DNA of 64,000 nt from an uncultured virus (IMG/VR IMGVR_UViG_3300030330_002454) (IMGVR_UViG_3300030330_002454), one strand, 5' to 3'. Positions 47,501 to 55,991 are shown, counted from the stretch's first letter. Notes: generated by a model not told the origin, from the letters alone. A program made the numbers and translations.

Positions 47501-50212
47501 ACAGATGTTTATATTGATATATCAACTGGTACACAATATAGTTTAGCACAGTTAGAAGCAGACTACTTCCAAGGCCCTCTTAACGAGTTAATGTGTTTTG
47601 ACTGTGCTTTAGATGGTCCTAACGGAGAGCCTCAAGAATACAACTGTAACGGTGATTGTAAATATTTTATTGGAACTGGTTCTGAAGATTTAGAGATTAC
47701 TATTAATCCGTTATTTTCAGAGTATGCTATAAATGAAGATTGCGGACAATGTTTGCATATAAGTCAAGCAGGCGATTGTTGTAATGTAGATGAGAACGGA
47801 GAACAAATTTTAGATGTTTGTGGACAATGTATAAATTTAATTCCTAATGGAGGTATAACAGTTACTAATGTACTTACTGCTAGTGGTGAACCAACGGGCA
47901 GTTTTGAGGTAAGAAAAACTAACACTTCAGGAACTGTAGTAGGTGTTTGGTTTAGTGATTGTAATCCTTGTGCAGAAGCAGGAGGACCTATAACACCAGA
48001 AATGCAAAATAATGCTAACTGGATTACAAACAGTCAGTTTCTTGCTTATGGTAATTATTATCAACCAGATGATTGTCAACAGTGTGCAGGAACTAATGAG
48101 ATGCAAGATGATGATGATAGATTTACTGGATATATTAAATACGAATTTATGCCGCCTGGTGATGCTGGGGCAATTGATATGTATAGATGTAACTGTGATG
48201 AGGTCGGATTTCCTATTGCAACAATTATAGCAACAGAAACATGTTGTCCAGGATACACTTGGAGCCCATGCTCAAACGGTGGAGAAGGTGGATGTGTAGG
48301 ACCTGGTTACCCCGTACTAACTAAAGACTGTGCTGGTAACTGCCCTACGGGAGTTTACCTAGTTCAAGATCCACTGGAACAAGAGTATGTTTATCCTTAC
48401 GGTATTAATAGTTGTGGTGAATGTACTGCTATGATTAATGAGGACACAGAATTTACTCCAGGAACTCCAGAGTATTTACTAGCAGCTACACCTATGGAAA
48501 CTTTTAATGCTGTTGGATGTTGCGGAGATCAAGTACTGGCTTGCCAAGATGGATGCCAAGATCCAAATGAAGCTTTAGAAGAAGATCAATGTGGTGTGTG
48601 TGGCGGAGATAATAGTAGCTGCAGTGGATGTACAGATTCTACAGCTTTTAATTATAATCCTAATGCAACTATTGATGACGGTAGTTGTGTATTTACTTCA
48701 TTATTAACTATTATAGAAGAAACAACTTCTAATCATGTTTTTGATTATTTAAATCCTAGTTTAGGTCAAAATTTAAATTTAGAATCTGTATTTTTTATAG
48801 AGGGTCTAATATTTGACACAGCTACATTGACTGCAATTCAAAATAACCCGATAGTAGCAACAAATTCAGCCTTATCAGATACATTTGGAGAAACGATTTA
48901 TATTGACCAACCTTACTATACACAAAAGTGTCAAGTTATAACAACAACTAATACGGTTCTACATTTAAATAATCCTTTAGCTAATGCTGAAATAAGTTAT
49001 ACTGATATAGATCCAATAAACAATGATTATATAGCTCAACATTCTTCTTACGCAAATATTCAGTATCAAGGTGATGCTCAATTTTATACAACATACTATT
49101 TTAGGCTTGAGGCAAACTTAGCTGAGATGCTTACTGAAACAGATATTAATGTTATATTCGGAGGACAGTATGCAGATCAGGTTGCTTCAGTTACACACTG
49201 TGGTGGTGGAATATCAGTTACTGCTAGTTATGCTACTATGTGGCTTGAGTTTAATGAGGCAAGTCCTTTGCAAACAGGAGTATTAGAAGAAGACGCCAAT
49301 CATACTGTATACAACGTGTATAAAGTAAGAATGTCAGTAAATCCTGTAACAGGAGAACCGTACACAACATCTATAGACTTTGCGCAGTACTTGGATATTC
49401 CTGTATTTGGATGTACAGTTCCATATGCTAGTAACTGGAACCCAGCTGCAACTCAAGATGATGGTTCTTGTGAATATACTTTCCCAGAATCAGGTTTTAT
49501 ACTTACTATAAATGGATACCCTAATTTAGAAGAGAATTTAAAATGGGTTTTGTATGACGCTAACAATAAGTTAGTAGCTGCAAACTGGGGAGAGTATCCG
49601 ACAACTTTTGCTGATACAGGTTCATACAGTACATACTTACCAACTGCAAATAGTTGTTTATACTTTATTCCTTTAGGATTTAGATATAACGATGCTTGGT
49701 TAGATGTAACTTTAAAAATAAGTGATTTACAAACTCCAATACTTGTTTTACATGAAGGAGCAAATATGAGGGCTCATCATTCTAATGATATTGATAATAG
49801 AGGTACTGCTTTAATAGATAGAAGACCGTTCTCTTTATTCCCTTTACCTTCATGTACTGTAGGTTGTACAGAAACTACTGTTCCGAACACTGTGAAAACA
49901 GATTACTGTATATCTTATGTTAAACAAGATGAAAAAGAATTTACAGATATATCTTTTAAATTAGAGATCGGAAAGCCTATTACTACTAGATCGCATTTCC
50001 AACTTAGACTTTATAATTTAGATACTGCAGAAACTCTAATTGATTTTAAAGACATAGAAGATATAAATATAGCAACTAGTTATGTAAAAGAGTTTGCTAT
50101 AGATTCTCAAACTCGTGTAGGTATTTATATACATAACCGAGAGGAAGTGCCTTTAAAATATGAAATGGTATCTGAGTATGGAGAAATAATAATTAAAAAG
50201 AAACTAAACTAA
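41576..50212 (+). CDS. giant 2878 aa putative virion/adhesin-like protein with Cys-rich repeats
   Basis: Uninterrupted ORF with degenerate matrixin-like N-terminus, beta-rich middle, at least 5 GCTDP-type repeats and CxC/DxCGxC region. Confidence 0.7.
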   Translation: MIQSLRDAINNGKTSGQIQNITLTYSIPNLEPILVDHPRTEGVRVLPGTYITADAFDVEIINSFSQWSYFINELYKDYVVLTFEKVESNADVTIEFNASLTGLHMVHKNTRTIELNLGINWNLVHFTNGVLLLNYVVYGIGKLLGIQNTNVLSPMSFDHLNINYVNLFDLNVSDSGYVQQGYIKNYHAIIIQTMFIFGDVFGNPMIFGCTDPNSTNYNPDATHNDFSCIPLPVSPDQSIRPSLRYNGSFDEYFLANNSEIYAYGVGTFESPMLITDINNNTTTLPLGFSDELYPLTSLVITDKAPGTYGDSSGQPRYYIVLSHAGDINVFNKDGQLLSGMPNYSSTDVSAIVSYYVHNMNINYQPYGTDRHSLSWITKRGEIKRLILNDTLAQLNDQGQTVAACDLDTYTHGNIEANQTFSTIGSPITDINGDYLTVNEQGQMSSIIDTNLEDDVFEAKYVGIAYQSLLGNYVETMQQLFDPLDSPKLQSDPSNFTVHQDISNLKTCFIPTIDGVKALSVDLFGNFLQITNLDLGSLYTGSHTHAVWAGDIDIFASGQYQIDDSISVTRTIYGTNAAPSNIDYDFKPTTNETLAHDSTARPLITRNTNADCHPHFGFDPGQILLRPFSKGFSFETTSIYNISDKEWSNGEFSIGEAPIDHSLFASLPITLGNKLHRSFFCDITKISYLSWAVPVTQWASDYEFYQLGFINSEHAEAIASGNTATTEEYNNLRHVGDFHLAIAVKHGFILTKVNNTNFSLVSPTTENGIELHVSGGNPSMESFNGGWTPISMEFSPHDTYLYAIIQNPLDSSDRRLAIYNIHSGGGIHGCTLGQLDSSISNDAIVIDIEEMDLEKVTLQDDGSIYIWSAVNDYIKIPDPDLRMSVDLFRADPQIYIVSGSTYTPSRSYLHNALDADLDMGPKSSISVFQYTASDARIKYAEVFNSSEPSISIGEGITLINNFEYNSKFIGSGFTFDSISNTVSQNVEVDNTVPEAAAVQTANNLNLGIVAYIIENDGYIVLKGYDGTPIIAYDATAESYDFKDSVFITSSESGINDYLFGYADGAAGSYTVKSFAATINADDLTSYSYELNSNTATLTNSINGNYAFIHGARILKTDLEQDKLLFLRTVTDVTSTENKKEIYLTLAEYTNNGFETSDSIIPIHNILSDKLSENASTFSISGIQLYTTIAVSRDNNYIAIGTMSKSANHLHTELSLSVYHLDITADINSGNVIGSQVGITAKMDVHLTEDYGDSFVPMTNSIIRGLEFSNFNTTDQSYKLYCLIGKHGSYASTTIEGLSKSNRIVRFKLTADVLSFDGPLVNQQTFPEPEGTSVQNFVTFTDGVSDQGNSFYANNSAPIGLFLNAEGEIFISNIITSQLYRPNAPEEKVIFVGGYVSDSPSSNSRLFRTACIKSIFDEVRSIRSAGYSALVPSGAVGGVKSGGPGDFEEFEDPTIEILPPVATQGCTDPTAVNYNPWATIDDGSCLYESGVGNCFGTCTGDGFSLLNLFADYYGNVFYDMLEEIQNVSNNFCGLSLTLEQISDLLNQDTGGQVLALALFQTFKNPYCNCSCTYYAEFIAEYSFQSFYDVTTEDVMNYGNEGSLPWFTNILEAEAQGYPLGDICSVNLFQTTSKYYYIPTQGYSSAINAQNINLGTDPFVTGSDEQLVLLGGIVGGTQGTGAISPGYANVIHIDDWNEDYCRTCTDPGSPNYVGITPEACEQADQFCFDDPAYCGAFGCTDQNACNYMPAATVNDGSCQYAPSGINSYGTDVGVICGCPGIGAQENGFNFGYYASSYCGGCLTEEERAELREKSEFCNCDGTTVPTGNPSNQGMWGIAHYCDCEGQTPSDIAENAGEYGCICDQNGNLSNYSTGGQFPVGICDCYGSTSLGPGCSCGEYTSQDDWADLELLDYDHWCDCNTPAALWYPKNTDGSYTAHCDAVPLKICQSAGSYGEENNPTVNWFHGYEGDLGIDDTLSTDVYIDISTGTQYSLAQLEADYFQGPLNELMCFDCALDGPNGEPQEYNCNGDCKYFIGTGSEDLEITINPLFSEYAINEDCGQCLHISQAGDCCNVDENGEQILDVCGQCINLIPNGGITVTNVLTASGEPTGSFEVRKTNTSGTVVGVWFSDCNPCAEAGGPITPEMQNNANWITNSQFLAYGNYYQPDDCQQCAGTNEMQDDDDRFTGYIKYEFMPPGDAGAIDMYRCNCDEVGFPIATIIATETCCPGYTWSPCSNGGEGGCVGPGYPVLTKDCAGNCPTGVYLVQDPLEQEYVYPYGINSCGECTAMINEDTEFTPGTPEYLLAATPMETFNAVGCCGDQVLACQDGCQDPNEALEEDQCGVCGGDNSSCSGCTDSTAFNYNPNATIDDGSCVFTSLLTIIEETTSNHVFDYLNPSLGQNLNLESVFFIEGLIFDTATLTAIQNNPIVATNSALSDTFGETIYIDQPYYTQKCQVITTTNTVLHLNNPLANAEISYTDIDPINNDYIAQHSSYANIQYQGDAQFYTTYYFRLEANLAEMLTETDINVIFGGQYADQVASVTHCGGGISVTASYATMWLEFNEASPLQTGVLEEDANHTVYNVYKVRMSVNPVTGEPYTTSIDFAQYLDIPVFGCTVPYASNWNPAATQDDGSCEYTFPESGFILTINGYPNLEENLKWVLYDANNKLVAANWGEYPTTFADTGSYSTYLPTANSCLYFIPLGFRYNDAWLDVTLKISDLQTPILVLHEGANMRAHHSNDIDNRGTALIDRRPFSLFPLPSCTVGCTETTVPNTVKTDYCISYVKQDEKEFTDISFKLEIGKPITTRSHFQLRLYNLDTAETLIDFKDIEDINIATSYVKEFAIDSQTRVGIYIHNREEVPLKYEMVSEYGEIIIKKKLN

Positions 50213-50532
50213 TGATTAATTATTTTGAAGCAATAACGATAGGATTATCTAAAGCAGGTTGTACAGATCCAAATGCAGCAAACTATGATCCTAAAGCAAA
50301 AATAAACACAGGATTATGTTTTGATTCTGCATTTGAAGAATGTTTATATAATAATTTATTTTCTGTATCTCTTAGAGATTGCCACTTAGATAAAACTAAA
50401 AGAGTTTTAAAAATGTACGCACTTTACGATGGATATAGACAAGCTATTAGAGAAGGTAATCAAACTAAAATAGATATTTATACAAAACAGCTTACAGATA
50501 TGTGTAATGCTGAATATTGTGAATCATGTTAA
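50212..50532 (+). CDS. small protein with one GCTDP repeat and Cys-rich helical C-terminus
   Basis: AGCTDPNAANYDPKA...; ends MCNAEYCESC. Confidence 0.6.
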   Translation: MINYFEAITIGLSKAGCTDPNAANYDPKAKINTGLCFDSAFEECLYNNLFSVSLRDCHLDKTKRVLKMYALYDGYRQAIREGNQTKIDIYTKQLTDMCNAEYCESC

Positions 50533-50542
50533 ATAAAATAAA

Positions 50543-50896
50543 ATGGATAGAAATAGAGATTTATCAAAACAACTAGCTAGACTAGAAACTAAAATCCAAG
50601 AACAAATGGATTTAGATTATGCTCGTCATGGAAGCACTTTATTAATGGAAGGCTATGTAACTGAAGTTACAGGTTCTTTTTATGGAATAAAAGCTGACGG
50701 TTTAGGTACGGCTGGTATTGTAATAGATACTATGACTTTAGACGGCGTAGCTATGACAGATAATATTACTATAGCAAATGGCGATGTTTTTTATGGGAAC
50801 ATAACAGCTATAAAATTACATGCTGACGGTAGTGCTAATGCAATACTTTTGCATAAAAGAGGACACGGACCATCTGTAGTATTAGGAGGAGCTTAA
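50543..50896 (+). CDS. hypothetical protein
   Basis: 117 aa beta-rich protein (GDVFYGNITAIKL). Confidence 0.55.
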   Translation: MDRNRDLSKQLARLETKIQEQMDLDYARHGSTLLMEGYVTEVTGSFYGIKADGLGTAGIVIDTMTLDGVAMTDNITIANGDVFYGNITAIKLHADGSANAILLHKRGHGPSVVLGGA

Positions 50897-50897
50897 T

Positions 50898-51200
50898 ATG
50901 GGGTATGGTAATGGAATGGCAGGATCTAAAAAAATGATTAGAAAACCTGCGGTAAGACAAAAAATGTATAGTAGAGAGTTTAGTACTTTCTTTACTAATC
51001 ATGCTTCTACCAGTGGCGATTCTAGAGTTAGAATTGGTGGGGCAGATATAGTACCTGGCACTATAAGTGCTAAAAAGGGTTATCCTTTTTGTTTCTTTAG
51101 TTCTGATGATGGTAGTATAGTTAATAGAAAACATTTTTTAAGAAATATAACTTCTGATTCTGTATCAAGAGGAGAACACCTATTAACATTTAGTGCGTAA
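50898..51200 (+). CDS. hypothetical protein
   Basis: 100 aa, tightly packed. Confidence 0.5.
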   Translation: MGYGNGMAGSKKMIRKPAVRQKMYSREFSTFFTNHASTSGDSRVRIGGADIVPGTISAKKGYPFCFFSSDDGSIVNRKHFLRNITSDSVSRGEHLLTFSA

Positions 51201-51346
51201 TGAGTAAAAATTATAAGTGGGTTAACTTGACGCCCGACGAGATCTGGGAACAGACATCTCCAAAAGTTCAGAAAAATAAAAAAAAGTATAATCGTAAAAA
51301 ATTAAAACAACAAGATTATGGCAATGAAAAAGAAAGCAGGCTATAA
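51200..51346 (+). CDS. small basic protein (48 aa, not in ORF track)
   Basis: MSKNYKWVNLTPDEIWEQTSPKVQKNKKKYNRKK...; TAATG coupling with the previous gene. Confidence 0.5.
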   Translation: MSKNYKWVNLTPDEIWEQTSPKVQKNKKKYNRKKLKQQDYGNEKESRL

Positions 51347-51551
51347 AGCTGGCGGTAAAAAAATTAAAATGGCTAAGAAAGGTCTAAGCGCAAAACAATC
51401 TAGAGTTATGGATAAAAATAACGACGGTAAAATTAGCGGCGCTGATTTTAAATTAATGAGAGACGGCGGTAAAATGATGGCTAAAGGTATGGACATGATG
51501 AATAGAGTCATGATGAAATACGGTGGAAAAGCAAAGAAGAAAAAGAAATAA
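51318..51551 (+). CDS. small Lys/Met-rich protein with EF-hand-like loop
   Basis: DKNNDGKISGADF; xGG repeats. Confidence 0.6.
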   Translation: MAMKKKAGYKAGGKKIKMAKKGLSAKQSRVMDKNNDGKISGADFKLMRDGGKMMAKGMDMMNRVMMKYGGKAKKKKK

Positions 51552-51766
51552 TGGAAATTTTTAAAGACAACAACAACTGGAATGAAAAAGCTATCGTAGG
51601 GTTTATAGCCTTTGCGGTTATGTGTATGATTATGGTAGCTGATCTAGTAACAGGATGGGTAGGCGCTGACCTTGTAATAAATGAGTTTGTATATGATTCA
51701 TTTGTCTGGGTAGTGCTTGGCTGTTTTGGAATCTCAGGTGTAGAAAAATTTGCTAAAACTAAATAA
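51551..51766 (+). CDS. two-TM holin-like membrane protein
   Basis: Two hydrophobic helices; ends GISGVEKF. Confidence 0.55.
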   Translation: MEIFKDNNNWNEKAIVGFIAFAVMCMIMVADLVTGWVGADLVINEFVYDSFVWVVLGCFGISGVEKFAKTK

Positions 51767-51767
51767 T

Positions 51768-51995
51768 ATGGCTGCAAAGAAAATAAAAAAAGCAAAGAAA
51801 GCAAAGAAAGCATTAACTGTAAAATCAGTTAAAGGTGTTAGTACTGCTGGGCTTACTAATAGACAAGCAAGCACTCTTAAAAAACATGCAGTACACCATA
51901 CAGGAAAACATATTAGAGCTATGGTGAACGCAATGAAAAGAGGAGCATCTTTTAGCGAGTCTCATAAAAAAGCTCAAAGAAAAGTAGGAACATAA
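51768..51995 (+). CDS. small basic His-containing protein
   Basis: LKKHAVHHTGKHIRAM...FSESHKKAQRKVG. Confidence 0.6.
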   Translation: MAAKKIKKAKKAKKALTVKSVKGVSTAGLTNRQASTLKKHAVHHTGKHIRAMVNAMKRGASFSESHKKAQRKVGT

Positions 51996-52009
51996 TAAAA
52001 ATAAAAGAC

Positions 52010-52198
52010 ATGGCAAAACGAGGACTATACGCAAACATCCACGCTAAAAGAAAAAGAATAAAAGCAGGTAGTGGAGAAAAAATGAGAAAGCCTGGGAGCA
52101 AAGGAGCTCCTACAGCGGCTAACTTTAAACGTGCTGCAAAAACTGCAAAGAAAAGACCAGCAGCTAAAAAAAGAACTACTAGACGAAAAAAGAAATGA
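52010..52198 (+). CDS. small basic phage protein
   Basis: GLYANIHAKRKRI...GSKGAPT, a motif I recognise from marine phage late regions. Confidence 0.65.
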   Translation: MAKRGLYANIHAKRKRIKAGSGEKMRKPGSKGAPTAANFKRAAKTAKKRPAAKKRTTRRKKK

Positions 52199-54669
52199 GA
52201 AAACTAATTTACTTATTTTTAGTTTTAAGTCTAACAGTTACAGCACAAGATACTATTCTAGATTGTTTTGGAACAGTTGCGCCTACCGCTTGGTTAGGCG
52301 ATGGTTTTTGCGATAACGGTTCGTATACATGGAACGGCAACGTAATAGACTTTAACTGTGAAGAGTTTGGTTATGATGCAGAAGACTGCCCGTTACCTAT
52401 AGATACTGTACCAGGCTGTACAGATATGTTAGCTTTAAACTATGTACCTGAAGCAAACTTTAACGATGGTACATGTGAGTATCCTGTATTTGGATGCACT
52501 AACCCAGAAGCGCCTAACTTTAATCCTTGGGCACAGGCGGACGACAATAGCTGTGTAGGTATAAGTTGCTCTGATGGTGAAGCTAAAATGATTTTTAAAC
52601 TTACACTAGATCAGTACCCTGGTGAGACAGGTTGGATACTAACAGACCTGTCTAATGGGCAGCCTGTAGAAAGTGTTACAGCTGGTGAATATTCTTATGA
52701 AGAAGCTAACCAAACTATTGTATATGATTTATGTGTGCCTGAAACAGGTGTAGAACTTATACTAAGTGATACATACGGTGACGGTCTAGAAGGATCTTTG
52801 TTTGGTGGTACAGATGGAGACTTTATTATACTTGGTGATGCAGAGCCTTGTGGTAGTTTAGATACGCTATGGGCTTTACCAGAGCCAGGCTTTGGCAACG
52901 CTGCATACTCGGGCCCTATATGGTTAGAGCAATGTGACTTACCTATAATAGAAGGATGCACAAACAATACATATATAGAATTTAATCCAGGAGCTAACTT
53001 TGACGATGGGTCCTGCGAAACATTACACACACTGGGCTGCATTAATCCTAATGCTTTTAACTTTAACCCACAAGCTACATTAAACGAAATAGTACCTACA
53101 TGTAACTATACTCTTATTATAGAGGATGATGGTGGTGATGGTTGGGGTGATTGCTATATAGGTGTAGTACAAGAAGATAGTATTCTTGGTACATATACTA
53201 TGGGACCTGGCTCTTACTCACAAGAGTTTGGTATAACACTAGAGACAGATAAACCTGTAAAAGTATATTACTTTGAAATAGCTAGTGCTCAAACTCCTCC
53301 TGCAGAAGTCGCTTTCCAGACTATGCATAACTCATTTAAACTTATAAATTCAAACGGTGATGTAACGCTACAAGGTGGTGTATATCCATTTTCTGATAAT
53401 GGACAGGGAGCACTTAAACCTTATAAACCACCGTTTTGGTATGTATACGATGCTCTTCCATTTTGTGGAGATTATTGTATACCTAAAGTATACGGGTGTT
53501 TGGATGAACAAGCTTTAAACTATAACTCTGACGCAAACACTGATGATGGTTCTTGTATTGAAATAGTAGAAGGTTGTACCTCACCCTTTGCATTTAACTA
53601 CGACTCCCTTGCTAATGTAGATGATGAAAGTTGTGTAGCAGTAGTTGTAGGCTGTATGAATAGCGAGGCTTGGAATTATAATCCAGACGCAAATACAGCA
53701 GATGAATCTTGTTTATACTTTGGCTGCACTGATGAGTTAGCTCTTAACTACGATAGTACAGCAAACGTAAATAACGATAATTGTATATACCCCGTTCCAG
53801 GGTGTACGGATCCTCTCGCATTTAACTTTGAAATAGATGCCAATGTCAATGACGGTAGTTGCATCCCCGTTATAATAGGATGCATGGATCCTACAATGTA
53901 TAATTATAATGAACAAGCAAACACGGCAAGCGATAATTGTATACCTTTTATATTTGGGTGTACTGATACTATTGCATTTAATTATGACCCTGTTGCTAAC
54001 ACCGATAACGGATCTTGTATTCCAATAACCCCTGGGTGTACAGACCCTAATGCCTATAACTATAATGCAGATGCTAATACAGAAGACTTTTCTTGTGTAG
54101 ATGTAGTGTATGGATGCACTGATGATGCAGCATTTAATTATGATCCATTAGCAAACACTGACAACGGTGGATGTATAGATGTTTTAGAAGGTTGTATGGA
54201 CCCGCTTGCACATAATTACGATGCAGTGTATAATACAGATGACGGAAGTTGTTTATATGATGCAGGTTGTATAGGAGGCCCTGGTGTACCATACTGGTTA
54301 AACGATACTTGTTATGCTTGGGTAATTATGATAGATCCTTACTGTTGTAATAACGAATGGGATGATAAATGTCAACAGATATACTGGAGCTGTGCTTGGG
54401 ATAGTCCACTTGATACAAGAGATTTACTTAGAGGGCATAATATTGTTATGTATCCTAATCCTATGGGAGATGTAATAAATATATTAACAAATGGTTCTGT
54501 AGGTATAGAAGTATATGATATATCAGGCAAGCTTATAATACGAGTTAAAGAAAACCAAACTGCAGAAGGACTAAATCAATTAGATGTAAGTTTACTACCT
54601 GCAGGTGTATATAATTTTCATGTAACATATGACGGTAACACTAGCACAACAAAAGTATTAAAGAAATGA
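52195..54669 (+). CDS. secreted T9SS cargo protein (type A C-terminal sorting domain) with Cys repeats
   Basis: Signal peptide ...TVTA/Q; LNR-like WLGDGFCD...FNC...DC; 14 GC(T/M)D-type repeats; C-terminal YPNP...VYDISGK...DVSLLPAGVY...KVLKK. Confidence 0.85.
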   Translation: MRKLIYLFLVLSLTVTAQDTILDCFGTVAPTAWLGDGFCDNGSYTWNGNVIDFNCEEFGYDAEDCPLPIDTVPGCTDMLALNYVPEANFNDGTCEYPVFGCTNPEAPNFNPWAQADDNSCVGISCSDGEAKMIFKLTLDQYPGETGWILTDLSNGQPVESVTAGEYSYEEANQTIVYDLCVPETGVELILSDTYGDGLEGSLFGGTDGDFIILGDAEPCGSLDTLWALPEPGFGNAAYSGPIWLEQCDLPIIEGCTNNTYIEFNPGANFDDGSCETLHTLGCINPNAFNFNPQATLNEIVPTCNYTLIIEDDGGDGWGDCYIGVVQEDSILGTYTMGPGSYSQEFGITLETDKPVKVYYFEIASAQTPPAEVAFQTMHNSFKLINSNGDVTLQGGVYPFSDNGQGALKPYKPPFWYVYDALPFCGDYCIPKVYGCLDEQALNYNSDANTDDGSCIEIVEGCTSPFAFNYDSLANVDDESCVAVVVGCMNSEAWNYNPDANTADESCLYFGCTDELALNYDSTANVNNDNCIYPVPGCTDPLAFNFEIDANVNDGSCIPVIIGCMDPTMYNYNEQANTASDNCIPFIFGCTDTIAFNYDPVANTDNGSCIPITPGCTDPNAYNYNADANTEDFSCVDVVYGCTDDAAFNYDPLANTDNGGCIDVLEGCMDPLAHNYDAVYNTDDGSCLYDAGCIGGPGVPYWLNDTCYAWVIMIDPYCCNNEWDDKCQQIYWSCAWDSPLDTRDLLRGHNIVMYPNPMGDVINILTNGSVGIEVYDISGKLIIRVKENQTAEGLNQLDVSLLPAGVYNFHVTYDGNTSTTKVLKK

Positions 54670-55703
54670 AAAAATTATTAATAATATTATTATTTATTCC
54701 TTTATTAGGAAATGCGCAAGGGTTACATAAAATATTTAAGTACTCTACATTTTATGCTGCGGTTAATGGTGGTACATCATTAGGAGATGATCAGATATGG
54801 TCTATTACATCTGGTGCACTAGAAGAACAAACAATACAAACACCTTTTGATTATACACTATCTATAGGTATAAGAAAAATAAAACGATTTGGTTATGAAA
54901 ACAGGGCTCTTACTTTTTATAATGGTACAGAAAATTCATACAGTGATGCTGCCACAATTGGTAGAGTCGATGGCTTTGAGTATTTATTCGAGGCTGATTT
55001 TGTACGTCGTTTAGGTGTTAACTTTACAAACCAGCATCACTTTGTAAGATATGTTGCTGATAAATGGGTAAGTAAAGTAGAATACTTAGAAGATGGCTTT
55101 GCTGATATAAAATACTTTGAAGCGTCAGAAAGGTTTAGAGTACAAATAGGTGAGGCAGGTAAGTTATCTGTAAATGTAGGAGCTGTACAACGTCTTGCAG
55201 AGCCATATGGTTTTGACCCCCTGGCAGACTGGGTGCTGGACAATGGGACATTACACTATACATACTTGGCACTTCAAGAGGGATACACTATAACATTAGA
55301 TGGACAGTATTCAGCACCCAATGGAGAGATAGTAGCAACTAGTCAAGAAGTATGGGAAGAAGTTGTTATACCACAAGTAATAGATGACTATGTAGAAAAA
55401 CAAAGAAGTGCAATATCTAATATAGTAGAATACTCTGCAGTACTAGGTTTTGATTACTATCATTTTACAAAAGACTTTTGGTTTCACAGCTGGGGTAACC
55501 TTATGCCATATCATATAGATACGGATAACACATACTCTTATCACAAGTTTAATAACGGACAATGGTTAGATTACTCAGCAGGACTTATTTACGGATACAG
55601 ATTTAATAAAAGTTTAGGTGTATTTGTAGAAGGTAGATATAATAAATACTGGAACCGACGATGGCACAACTTTAGTGTCGGTATTAACTATGTAATATTT
55701 TAA
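54666..55703 (+). CDS. putative outer-membrane beta-barrel protein
   Basis: Signal peptide ...GNA/Q; amphipathic aromatic-rich strands; C-terminal FSVGINYVIF beta-signal. Confidence 0.65.
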   Translation: MKKLLIILLFIPLLGNAQGLHKIFKYSTFYAAVNGGTSLGDDQIWSITSGALEEQTIQTPFDYTLSIGIRKIKRFGYENRALTFYNGTENSYSDAATIGRVDGFEYLFEADFVRRLGVNFTNQHHFVRYVADKWVSKVEYLEDGFADIKYFEASERFRVQIGEAGKLSVNVGAVQRLAEPYGFDPLADWVLDNGTLHYTYLALQEGYTITLDGQYSAPNGEIVATSQEVWEEVVIPQVIDDYVEKQRSAISNIVEYSAVLGFDYYHFTKDFWFHSWGNLMPYHIDTDNTYSYHKFNNGQWLDYSAGLIYGYRFNKSLGVFVEGRYNKYWNRRWHNFSVGINYVIF

Positions 55704-55706
55704 CAG

Positions 55707-55991
55707 ATGGCAAAAGAATTAAGTGAAGAAACATCATTCAATATAAGTCTTAAAACTCTAGCAGGCATTGCAGTATTAATGGCTGCAGCTATTAGTGGAT
55801 GGTTTGTACTACAAGCAGACATAGCAGAGGCTAAAAAATTACCTCTGCCTCCTGATCCAGAGATTACTCGTATGGAGTATGACATGAAAGATCAGTTAAT
55901 ACGTCAAACTATTATGACAACACAAGATGATGTAAAAGAAATTAAAGGACATATGCTACGCCTTGAAGAAAAGATAGATGACTTAAAATAA
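55707..55991 (+). CDS. single-TM coiled-coil protein
   Basis: TM helix, PLPP linker and C-terminal heptads. Confidence 0.6.
   Translation: MAKELSEETSFNISLKTLAGIAVLMAAAISGWFVLQADIAEAKKLPLPPDPEITRMEYDMKDQLIRQTIMTTQDDVKEIKGHMLRLEEKIDDLK

Noticed and set aside
33654..50212. Giant ORFs as the crAss virion RNA polymerase
   Set aside because: No DxDxD catalytic motif in a polymerase context; composition and repeats are adhesin-like. Any polymerase gene probably lies outside the window.
53488..54258. Regular ~75-78 nt periodicity resembling a CRISPR or DGR array
   Set aside because: It is a degenerate protein-level repeat inside one ORF; there are no identical DNA repeats and no cas or reverse transcriptase gene in the window.
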